This document shows positions 1-11,300 of a stretch of 64,000 nt of DNA, piece by piece; within the stretch, counting starts at the first letter, position 1; the number at the start of each line of letters is the position of its first letter. Under the pieces are notes generated by a model. The model was not told where the DNA came from. It saw nothing but the letters and a program-made list of their open reading frames with translations, and did no database searches. The position numbers and the translations under genes were made by a program. Source of the DNA: Auanema rhodensis (lineage: Eukaryota > Animalia > Nematoda). The stretch is from the NCBI GenBank assembly GCA_964057225.1, contig OZ059899.1, positions 2,542,001 to 2,606,000 on the forward strand, read 5' to 3'.

Positions 1-13
1 TTAAAAAATGGAA

Positions 14-85
14 TCTAAAAACATCTACTTTTTGCTAAATTATTTTGAAATTTTTCGAAAAAATTTTTGTCAAAATGTTTTTGGA
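14..85. other. Intra-monomer dyad A: palindrome TTTTTCGAAAAA (51-62) inside ATTTTGA/TCAAAAT (42-48/70-76) and AAAAACAT/ATGTTTTT (17-24/75-82); recurs in each monomer
   Basis: Reverse-complement matches read directly. The sequence is low-complexity and AT-rich, so this is partly expected by chance. Confidence 0.75.
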
Positions 86-89
86 AGCA

Positions 90-117
90 ATGTTGAGTGT
101 ACATGGAAACTCAACAT
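90..117. other. Intra-monomer hairpin B: ATGTTGAGT-(10 nt)-ACTCAACAT, perfect 9-bp stem
   Basis: 90-98 is the exact reverse complement of 109-117. Confidence 0.92.
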
Positions 118-197
118 ACACTAATGCATCATTTTTCAAACGATCATAACTAATTTTTGTATTAAGCTTTTCTCAATGTAGTATAGTGCATTCGATG

Positions 198-257
198 CGG
201 ATTTTTAAGCTGCGTCGATCTGTGTTATCAGATTTGCGCTAGCTTAAAAATGCACCG
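198..257. other. Intra-monomer long imperfect hairpin C: ATTTTTAAGCT-GCG-tcg-ATCTG-(tgttat)-CAGAT-ttg-CGC-t-AGCTTAAAAAT
   Basis: 201-211 pairs perfectly with 241-251 (11 bp), 212-214 with 237-239, and 218-222 with 229-233; flanked by CGG (198-200)/CCG (255-257). Confidence 0.9.
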
Positions 258-268
258 AGATATCAACT

Positions 269-290
269 GATATAAGTTCACACTTATATC
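269..290. other. Intra-monomer hairpin D: GATATAAGT-TCAC-ACTTATATC, perfect 9-bp stem with 4-nt loop
   Basis: 269-277 is the exact reverse complement of 282-290; it overlaps an alternative ATATCA-AC-TGATAT dyad (260-273). Confidence 0.92.
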
Positions 291-1120
291 CTCGATTTTC
301 ACCCTGAAGAATTGATTTTTTCGTTGAATAACATTGTCCATCGTCTTTGCCTTGAAAAATGGAATCTAAAAACATCTACTTTTTGCTAAATTATTTTGAA
401 ATTTTTCGAAAACATTTTTGTCAAAATGTTTTTGGAAGCAATGTTGAGTGTACATGGAAACTCAACATACACTAATGCATCATTTTTCAAACGATCATAA
501 CTAATTTTTGTATTAGCTTTTCTCAATGTAGTATAGTGCATTCGATGCGGATTTTTAAGCTGCGTCGATCTGTGTTATCAGATTTGCGCTAGCTTAAAAA
601 TGCACCGAGATATCAACTGATATAAGTTCACACTTATATCCTCGATTTTCACCCTGAAGAATTGATTTTTTCGTTGAATAACATTGTCCATCGTCTTTGC
701 CTTGAAAAATGGAATCTAAAAACATCTACTTTTTGCTAAATTATTTTGAAATTTTTCGAAAACATTTTTGTCAAAATGTTTTTGGAAGCAATGTTGAGTG
801 TACATGGAAACTCAACATACACTAATGCATCATTTTTCAAACGATCATAACTAATTTTTGTATTAGCTTTTCTCAATGTAGTATAGTGCATTCGATGCGG
901 ATTTTTAAGCTGCGTCGATCTGTGTTATCAGATTTGCGCTAGCTTAAAAATGCACCGAGATATCAACTGATATAAGTTCACACTTATATCCTCGATTTTC
1001 ACCCTGAAGAATTAATTTTTTCGTTGAATAACATTGTCCATCGTCTTTGCCTTAAAAAATGGAATCTAAAAACATCTACTTTTTGCTAAATTATTTTGAA
1101 ATTTTTCGAAAAAATTTTTG

Positions 1121-4113
1121 TCAAAATGTTTTTGGAAGCAATGTTGAGTGTACATGGAAACTCAACATACACTAATGCATCATTTTTCAAACGATCATAA
1201 CTAATTTTTGTATTAAGCTTTTCTCAATGTAGTATAGTGCATTCGATGCGGATTTTTAAGCTGCGTCGATCTGTGTTATCAGATTTGCGCTAGCTTAAAA
1301 ATGCACCGAGATATCAACTGATATAAGTTCACACTTATATCCTCGATTTTCACCCTGAAGAATTGATTTTTTCGTTGAATAACATTGTCCATCGTCTTTG
1401 CCTTGAAAAATGGAATCTAAAAACATCTACTTTTTGCTAAATTATTTTGAAATTTTTCGAAAAAATTTTTGTCAAAATGTTTTTGGAAGCAATGTTGAGT
1501 GTACATGGAAACTCAACATACACTAATGCATCATTTTTCAAACGATCATAACTAATTTTTGTATTAAGCGTTTCTCAATGTAGTATAGTGCATTCGATGC
1601 GGATATTTAAGCTGCGTCGATCTGTGTTATCAGATTTGCGCTAGCTTAAAAATGCACCGAGATATCAACTGATATAAGTTCACACTTATATCCTCGATTT
1701 TCACCCTGAAGAATTAATTTTTTCGTTGAATAACATTGTCCATCGTCTTTGCCTTGAAAAATGGAATCTAAAAACATCTACTTTTTGCTAAATTATTTTG
1801 AAATTTTTCGAAAAAATTTTTGTCAAAATGTTTTTGGAAGCAATGTTGAGTGTACATGGAAACTCAACATACACTAATGCATCATTTTTCAAACGATCAT
1901 AACTAATTTTTGTATCAAACGTTTCTCAATGTAGTATAGTGCATTCGATGCGGATTTTTTAGCTGCGTCGATCTGTGTTATCAGATTTGCGCTAGCTTAA
2001 AAATGCACCGAGATATCAACTGATATAAGTTCACACTTATATCCTCGATTTTCACCCTGAAGAATTAATTTTTTCGTTGAATAACATTGTCCATCGTCTT
2101 TGCCTTAAAAAAAGGAATCTAATAACATCTACATTTTGCTAAATTATTTTGAAATTTTTCGAAAAAATTTTTGTCAAAATGTTTTTGGAAGCAATGTTGA
2201 GTGTACATGGAAACTCAACATACACTAATGCATCATTTTTCAAACGATCATAACTAATTTTTGTATCAAACGTTTCTCAATGTAGTATAGTGCATTCGAT
2301 GCGGATTTTTAAGCTGCGTCGATCTGTGTTATCAGATTTGCGCTAGCTTAAAAATGCACCGAGATATCAACTGATATAAGTTCACACTTATATCCTCGAT
2401 TTTCACCCTGAAGAATTAATTTTTTCGTTGAATAACATTGTCCATCGTCTTTGCCTTAAAAAAAGGAATCTAATAACATCTACATTTTGCTAAATTATTT
2501 TGAAATTTTTCGAAAAAATTTTTTTCAAAATGTTTTTGGAAGCAATGTTGAGTGTACATGGAAACTCAACATACACTAATGCATCATTTTTCAAACGATC
2601 ATAACTAATTTTTGTATTAAGCTTTTCTCAATGTAGTATAGTGCATTCGATGCGGATTTTTAAGCTGCGTCGATCTGTGTTATCAGATTTGCGCTAGCTT
2701 AAAAATGCACCGAGATATCAACTGATATAAGTTCACACTTATATCCTCGATTTTCACCCTGAAGAATTGATTTTTTCGTTGAATAACATTGTCCATCGTC
2801 TTTGCCTTGAAAAATGGAATCTAAAAACATCTACTTTTTGCTAAATTATTTTGAAATTTTTCGAAAAAATTTTTGTCAAAATGTTTTTGGAAGCAATGTT
2901 GAGTGTACATGGAAACTCAACATACACTAATGCATCATTTTTCAAACGATCATAACTAATTTTTGTATTAAGCGTTTCTCAATGTAGTATAGTGCATTCG
3001 ATGCGGATATTTAAGCTGCGTCGATCTGTGTTATCAGATTTGCGCTAGCTTAAAAATGCACCGAGATATCAACTGATATAAGTTCACACTTATATCCTCG
3101 ATTTTCACCCTGAAGAATTAATTTTTTCGTTGAATAACATTGTCCATCGTCTTTGCCTTGAAAAATGGAATCTAAAAACATCTACTTTTTGCTAAATTAT
3201 TTTGAAATTTTTCGAAAAAATTTTTGTCAAAATGTTTTTGGAAGCAATGTTGAGTGTACATGGAAACTCAACATACACTAATGCATCATTTTTCAAACGA
3301 TCATAACTAATTTTTGTATCAAACGTTTCTCAATGTAGTATAGTGCATTCGATGCGGATTTTTTAGCTGCGTCGATCTGTGTTATCAGATTTGCGCTAGC
3401 TTAAAAATGCACCGAGATATCAACTGATATAAGTTCACACTTATATCCTCGATTTTCACCCTGAAGAATTAATTTTTTCGTTGAATAACATTGTCCATCG
3501 TCTTTGCCTTAAAAAAAGGAATCTAATAACATCTACATTTTGCTAAATTATTTTGAAATTTTTCGAAAAAATTTTTGTCAAAATGTTTTTGGAAGCAATG
3601 TTGAGTGTACATGGAAACTCAACATACACTAATGCATCATTTTTCAAACGATCATAACTAATTTTTGTATCAAACGTTTCTCAATGTAGTATAGTGCATT
3701 CGATGCGGATTTTTAAGCTGCGTCGATCTGTGTTATCAGATTTGCGCTAGCTTAAAAATGCACCGAGATATCAACTGATATAAGTTCACACTTATATCCT
3801 CGATTTTCACCCTGAAGAATTAATTTTTTCGTTGAATAACATTGTCCATCGTCTTTGCCTTAAAAAAAGGAATCTAATAACATCTACATTTTGCTAAATT
3901 ATTTTGAAATTTTTCGAAAAAATTTTTTTCAAAATGTTTTTGGAAGCAATGTTGAGTGTACATGGAAACTCAACATACACTAATGCATCATTTTTCAAAC
4001 GATCATAACTAATTTTTGTATTAAGCTTTTCTCAATGTAGTATAGTGCATTCGATGCGGATTTTTAAGCTGCGTCGATCTGTGTTATCAGATTTGCGCTA
4101 GCTTAAAAATGCA
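1121..4113. repeat. Higher-order duplication, 4 monomers (1404 bp), ~2 copies
   Basis: Rare variants recur at +1404: GGATATTTAA (1605/3009), TTTTTTAGC (~1960/3364), and the AAAAAAAGG..TAATAAC haplotype in monomers starting 2105, 2456 / 3509, 3860. Confidence 0.9.
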
Positions 4114-7100
4114 CTGAGATATCAACTGATATAAGTTCACACTTATATCCTCGATTTTCACCCTGAAGAATTGATTTTTTCGTTGAATAACATTGTCCAT
4201 CGTCTTTGCCTTGAAAAATGGAATCTAAAAACATCTACTTTTTGCTAAATTATTTTGAAATTTTTCGAAAAAATTTTTGTCAAAATGTTTTTGGAAGCAA
4301 TGTTGAGTGTACATGGAAACTCAACATACACTAATGCATCATTTTTCAAACGATCATAACTAATTTTTGTATTAAGCGTTTCTCAATGTAGTATAGTGCA
4401 TTCGATGCGGAATTTTAAGCTGCGTCGATCTGTGTTATCAGATTTGCGCTAGCTTAAAAATGCACCGAGATATCAACTGATATAAGTTCACACTTATATC
4501 CTCGATTTTCACCCTGAAGAATTGATTTTTTCGTTGAATAACATTGTCCATCGTCTTCGCCTTGAAAAATGGAATCTAAAAACATCTACTTTCTGCTAAA
4601 TTATTTTGAAATTTTTCGAAAAAATTTTTGTCAAAATGTTTTTGGAAGCAATGTTGAGTGTACATGGAAACTCAACATACACTAATGCATCATTTTTCAA
4701 ACGATCATAACTAATTTTTGTATTAAGCGTTTCTCGATGTAGTATAGTGCATTCGATGCGGATTTTTAAGCTGCGTCGATCTGTGTTATCAGATTTGCGC
4801 TAGCTTAAAAATGCACCGAGATTTTAACTGATATAAGTTCACACTTATATCCTCGATTTTCACCCTGAAGAATTGATTTTTTCGTTGAATAACATCGTCC
4901 ATCGTCTTTGCCTTGAAAAATGGAATCTAAAAACATCTACTTTTTGCTAAATTATTTTGAAATTTTTCGAAAAAATTTTTGTCAAAATGTTTTTGGAAGC
5001 AATGTTGAGTGTACATGGAAACTCAACATACACTAATGCATCATTTTTCAAACGATCATAACTAATTTTTGTATTAGCTTTTCTCAATGTAATATAGTGC
5101 ATTCGATGCGGATTTTTAAGCTGCGTCGATCTGTGTTATCAGATTTGCGCTAGCTTAAAAATGCACCGAGATATCAACTGATATAAGTTCACACTTATAT
5201 CCTCGATTTTCACCCTGAAGAATTAATTTTTTCGTTGAATAACATTGTCCATCGTCTTTGCCTTAAAAAATGGAATCTAAAAACATCTACTTTTTGCTAA
5301 ATTATTTTGAAATTTTTCGAAAAAATTTTTGTCAAAATGTTTTTGGAAGCAATGTTGAGTGTACATGGAAACTCAACATACACTAATGCATCATTTTTCA
5401 AACGATCATAACTAATTTTTGTATTAAGCTTTTCTCAATGTAGTATAGTGCATTCGATGCGGATTTTTAAGCTGCGTCGATCTGTGTTATCAGATTTGCG
5501 CTAGCTTAAAAATGCACCGAGATATCAACTGATATAAGTTCACACTTATATCCTCGATTTTCACCCTGAAGAATTGATTTTTTCGTTGAATAACATTGTC
5601 CATCGTCTTTGCCTTGAAAAATGGAATCTAAAAACATCTACTTTTTGCTAAATTATTTTGAAATTTTTCGAAAAAATTTTTGTCAAAATGTTTTTGGAAG
5701 CAATGTTGAGTGTACATGGAAACTCAACATACAGTAATGCATCATTTTTCAAACGATCATAACTAATTTTTGTATTAAGCGTTTCTCAATGTAGTATAGT
5801 GCATTCGATGCGGATATTTAAGCTGCGTCGATCTGTGTTATCAGATTTGCGCTAGCTTAAAAATGCACCGAGATATCAACTGATATAAGTTCACACTTAT
5901 ATCCTCGATTTTCACCCTGAAGAATTAATTTTTTCGTTGAATAACATTGTCCATCGTCTTTGCCTTAAAAAATGGAATCTAAAAACATCTACTTTTTGCT
6001 AAATTATTTTGAAATTTTTCGAAAAAATTTTTGTCAAAATGTTTTTGGAAGCAATGTTGAGTGTACATGGAAACTCAACATACACTAATGCATCATTTTT
6101 CAAACGATCATAACTAATTTTTGTATTAAGCTTTTCTCAATGTAGTATAGTGCATTCGATGCGGATTTTTAAGCTGCGTCGATCTGTGTTATCAGATTTG
6201 CGCTAGCTTAAAAATGCACTGAGATATCAACTGATATAAGTTCACACTTATATCCTCGATTTTCACCCTGAAGAATTGATTTTTTCGTTGAATAACATTG
6301 TCCATCGTCTTTGCCTTGAAAAATGGAATCTAAAAACATCTACTTTTTGCTAAATTATTTTGAAATTTTTCGAAAAAATTTTTGTCAAAATGTTTTTGGA
6401 AGCAATGTTGAGTGTACATGGAAACTCAACATACACTAATGCATCATTTTTCAAACGATCATAACTAATTTTTGTATTAAGCGTTTCTCAATGTAGTATA
6501 GTGCATTCGATGCGGAATTTTAAGCTGCGTCGATCTGTGTTATCAGATTTGCGCTAGCTTAAAAATGCACCGAGATATCAACTGATATAAGTTCACACTT
6601 ATATCCTCGATTTTCACCCTGAAGAATTGATTTTTTCGTTGAATAACATTGTCCATCGTCTTCGCCTTGAAAAATGGAATCTAAAAACATCTACTTTCTG
6701 CTAAATTATTTTGAAATTTTTCGAAAAAATTTTTGTCAAAATGTTTTTGGAAGCAATGTTGAGTGTACATGGAAACTCAACATACACTAATGCATCATTT
6801 TTCAAACGATCATAACTAATTTTTGTATTAAGCGTTTCTCGATGTAGTATAGTGCATTCGATGCGGATTTTTAAGCTGCGTCGATCTGTGTTATCAGATT
6901 TGCGCTAGCTTAAAAATGCACCGAGATTTTAACTGATATAAGTTCACACTTATATCCTCGATTTTCACCCTGAAGAATTGATTTTTTCGTTGAATAACAT
7001 CGTCCATCGTCTTTGCCTTGAAAAATGGAATCTAAAAACATCTACTTTTTGCTAAATTATTTTGAAATTTTTCGAAAAAATTTTTGTCAAAATGTTTTTG

Positions 7101-8320
7101 GAAGCAATGTTGAGTGTACATGGAAACTCAACATACACTAATGCATCATTTTTCAAACGATCATAACTAATTTTTGTATTAGCTTTTCTCAATGTAATAT
7201 AGTGCATTCGATGCGGATTTTTAAGCTGCGTCGATCTGTGTTATCAGATTTGCGCTAGCTTAAAAATGCACCGAGATATCAACTGATATAAGTTCACACT
7301 TATATCCTCGATTTTCACCCTGAAGAATTAATTTTTTCGTTGAATAACATTGTCCATCGTCTTTGCCTTAAAAAATGGAATCTAAAAACATCTACTTTTT
7401 GCTAAATTATTTTGAAATTTTTCGAAAAAATTTTTGTCAAAATGTTTTTGGAAGCAATGTTGAGTGTACATGGAAACTCAACATACACTAATGCATCATT
7501 TTTCAAACGATCATAACTAATTTTTGTATTAAGCTTTTCTCAATGTAGTATAGTGCATTCGATGCGGATTTTTAAGCTGCGTCGATCTGTGTTATCAGAT
7601 TTGCGCTAGCTTAAAAATGCACCGAGATATCAACTGATATAAGTTCACACTTATATCCTCGATTTTCACCCTGAAGAATTGATTTTTTCGTTGAATAACA
7701 TTGTCCATCGTCTTTGCCTTGAAAAATGGAATCTAAAAACATCTACTTTTTGCTAAATTATTTTGAAATTTTTCGAAAAAATTTTTGTCAAAATGTTTTT
7801 GGAAGCAATGTTGAGTGTACATGGAAACTCAACATACAGTAATGCATCATTTTTCAAACGATCATAACTAATTTTTGTATTAAGCGTTTCTCAATGTAGT
7901 ATAGTGCATTCGATGCGGATATTTAAGCTGCGTCGATCTGTGTTATCAGATTTGCGCTAGCTTAAAAATGCACCGAGATATCAACTGATATAAGTTCACA
8001 CTTATATCCTCGATTTTCACCCTGAAGAATTAATTTTTTCGTTGAATAACATTGTCCATCGTCTTTGCCTTAAAAAATGGAATCTAAAAACATCTACTTT
8101 TTGCTAAATTATTTTGAAATTTTTCGAAAAAATTTTTGTCAAAATGTTTTTGGAAGCAATGTTGAGTGTACATGGAAACTCAACATACACTAATGCATCA
8201 TTTTTCAAACGATCATAACTAATTTTTGTATTAAGCTTTTCTCAATGTAGTATAGTGCATTCGATGCGGATTTTTAAGCTGCGTCGATCTGTGTTATCAG
8301 ATTTGCGCTAGCTTAAAAAT
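3930..8320. repeat. Higher-order duplication, 6 monomers (2105 bp = 6x351-1), ~2 copies
   Basis: GGAATTTT (4412/6517), TCTTCGCC (4558/6663), ACAGTAAT (5734/7839), and the 1-bp deletion monomer carrying TGTAATAT (monomers at 4913/7018). Confidence 0.92.
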
Positions 8321-11300
8321 GCACCGAGATATCAACTGATATAAGTTCACACTTATATCCTCGATTTTCACCCTGAAGAATTGATTTTTTCGTTGAATAA
8401 CATTGTCCATCGTCTTTGCCTTGAAAAATGGAATCTAAAAACATCTACTTTTTGCTAAATTATTTTGAAATTTTTCGAAAAAATTTTTGTCAAAATGTTT
8501 TTGGAAGCAATGTTGAGTGTACATGGAAACTCAACATACACTAATGCATCATTTTTCAAACGATCATAACTAATTTTTGTATTAAGCGTTTCTCGATGTA
8601 GTATAGTGCATTCGATGCGGATTTTTAAGCTGCGTCGATCTGTGTTATCAGATTTGCGCTAGCTTAAAAATGCACCGAGATTTTAACTGATATAAGTTCA
8701 CACTTATATCCTCGATTTTCACCCTGAAGAATTAATTTTTTCGTTGAATAACATTGTCCATCGTCTTTGCCTTAAAAAATGGAATCTAAAAACATCTACT
8801 TTTTGCTAAATTATTTTGAAATTTTTCGAAAAAATTTTTGTCAAAATGTTTTTGGAAGCAATGTTGAGTGTACATGGAAACTCAACATACACTAATGCAT
8901 CATTTTTCAAACGATCATAACTAATTTTTGTATTGAACGTTTCTCAATGTAGTATAGTGCATTCGATGCGGATTTTTAAGCTGCGTCGATCTGTGTTATC
9001 AGATTTACGCTAGCTTAAAAATGCACCGAGATATCAACTGATATAAGTTCACACTTATATCCTCGATTTTCACCCTGAAGAATTAATTTTTTCGTTGAAT
9101 AACATTGTCCATCGTCTTTGCCTTAAAAAATGGAATCTAAAAACATCTACTTTTTGCTAAATTATTTTGAAATTTTTCGAAAAAATTTTTGTCAAAATGT
9201 TTTTGGAAGCAATGTTGAGTGTACATGGAAACTCAACATACACTAATGCATCATTTTTCAAACGATCATAACTAATTTTTGTATTAAGCTTTTCTCAATG
9301 TAGTATAGTGCATTCGATGCGGATTTTTAAGCTGCGTCGATATGTGTTATCAGATTTGCGCTAGCTTAAAAATGCACTGAGATATCAACTGATATAAGTT
9401 CACACTTATATCCTCGATTTTCACCCTGAAGAATTGATTTTTTCGTTGAATAACATCGTCCATCGTCTTTGCCTTGAAAAATGGAATCTAAAAACATCTA
9501 CTTTTTGCTAAATTATTTTGAAATTTTTCGAAAAAATTTTTGTCAAAATGTTTTTGGAAGCAATGTTGAGTGTACATGGAAACTCAACATACACTAATGC
9601 ATCATTTTTCAAACGATCATAACTAATTTTTGTATTAGCTTTTCTCAATGTAGTATAGTGCATTCGATGCGGATTTTTGAGCTGCGTCGATCTGTGTTAT
9701 CAGATTTGCGCTAGCTTAAAAATGCACCGAGATATCAACTGATATAAGTTCACACTTATATCCTCGATTTTCACCCTGAAGAATTAATTTTTTCGTTGAA
9801 TAACATCGTCCATCGTCTTTGCCTTGGAAAATGGAATCTAAAAACATCTACTTTTTGCTAAATTATTTTGAAATTTTTCGAAAAAATTTTTGTCAAAATG
9901 TTTTTGGAAGCAATGTTGAGTGTACATGGAAACTCAACATACACTAATGCATCATTTTTCAAACGATCATAACTAATTTTTGTATTAAGCGTTTCTCGAT
10001 GTAGTATAGTGCATTCGATGCGGATTTTTAAGCTGCGTCGATCTGTGTTATCAGATTTGCGCTAGCTTAAAAATGCACCGAGATTTTAACTGATATAAGT
10101 TCACACTTATATCCTCGATTTTCACCCTGAAGAATTAATTTTTTCGTTGAATAACATCGTCCATCGTCTTTGCCTTGGAAAATGGAATCTAAAAACATCT
10201 ACTTTTTGCTAAATTATTTTGAAATTTTTCGAAAAAATTTTTGTCAAAATGTTTTTGGAAGCAATGTTGAGTGTACATGGAAACTCAACATACACTAATG
10301 CATCATTTTTCAAACGATCATAACTAATTTTTGTATTAAGCGTTTCTCGATGTAGTATAGTGCATTCGATGCGGATTTTTAAGCTGCGTCGATCTGTGTT
10401 ATCAGATTTGCGCTAGCTTAAAAATGCACCGAGATTTTAACTGATATAAGTTCACACTTATATCCTCGATTTTCACCCTGAAGAATTAATTTTTTCGTTG
10501 AATAACATCGTCCATCGTCTTTGCCTTGAAAAATGGAATCTAAAAACATCTACTTTTTGCTAAATTATTTTGAAATTTTTCGAAAAAATTTTTGTCAAAA
10601 TGTTTTTGGAAGCAATGTTGAGTGTACATGGAAACTCAACATACACTAATGCATCATTTTTCAAACGATCATAACTAATTTTTGTATTGAACGTTTCTCA
10701 ATGTAGTATAGTGCATTCGATGCGGATTTTTAAGCTGCGTCGATCTGTGTTATCAGATTTGCGCTAGCTTAAAAATGCACCGAGATATCAACTGATATAA
10801 GTTCACACTTATATCCTCGATTTTCACCCTGAAGAATTAATTTTTTCGTTGAATAACATTGTCCATCGTCTTTGCCTTAAAAAATGGAATCTAAAAACAT
10901 CTACTTTTTGCTAAATTATTTTGAAATTTTTCGAAAAAATTTTTGTCAAAATGTTTTTGGAAGCAATGTTGAGTGTACATGGAAACTCAACATACACTAA
11001 TGCATCATTTTTCAAACGATCATAACTAATTTTTGTATTAAGCGTTTCTCAATGTAGTATAGTGCATTCGATGCGGATTTTTAAGCTGCGTCGATCTGTG
11101 TTATCAGATTTGCGCTAGCTTAAAAATGCACCGAGATATCAACTGATATAAGTTCACACTTATATCCTCGATTTTCACCCTGAAGAATTAATTTTTTCGT
11201 TGAATAACATTGTCCATCGTCTTTGCCTTAAAAAATGGAATCTAAAAACATCTACTTTTTGCTAAATTATTTTGAAATTTTTCGAAAAAATTTTTGTCAA

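Larger units (their letters stand above)
1..351. repeat. Representative monomer (arbitrary phase), 351 bp, ~31% GC, rich in A/T tracts and inverted repeats
   Basis: Direct reading: 57 C + 52 G in 351 nt. Palindromic sites TTCGAA (54), TGTACA (98), ATGCAT (124), AAGCTT (164, variant), GCTAGC (238), GATATC (259). Confidence 0.97.

Noticed and set aside
201-251. Compensatory changes in hairpin C (A207G and A246G keep G-U pairs)
   Set aside because: Other common variants (C210G, C243A, T245G, T251A, C220A) break pairing, and no true covariation was seen.
319-335. TTTCGTTGAATAACATT resembles the 5' half of the CENP-B box (CTTCGTTGGAAACGGGA)
   Set aside because: It lacks the essential CGGG; only 5 of 9 core positions match.
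295-360. CTGAAGA (304-310) matches the hammerhead ribozyme CUGANGA core, which is relevant because satellite/retrozyme arrays of this size can carry hammerheads
   Set aside because: There is no convincing stem II, the downstream motif is GAATA rather than GAAA, and no stem I pairs after the candidate GTC. The minus strand has only CTGATAA. An Infernal/RNAMotif search with hammerhead models would be decisive.
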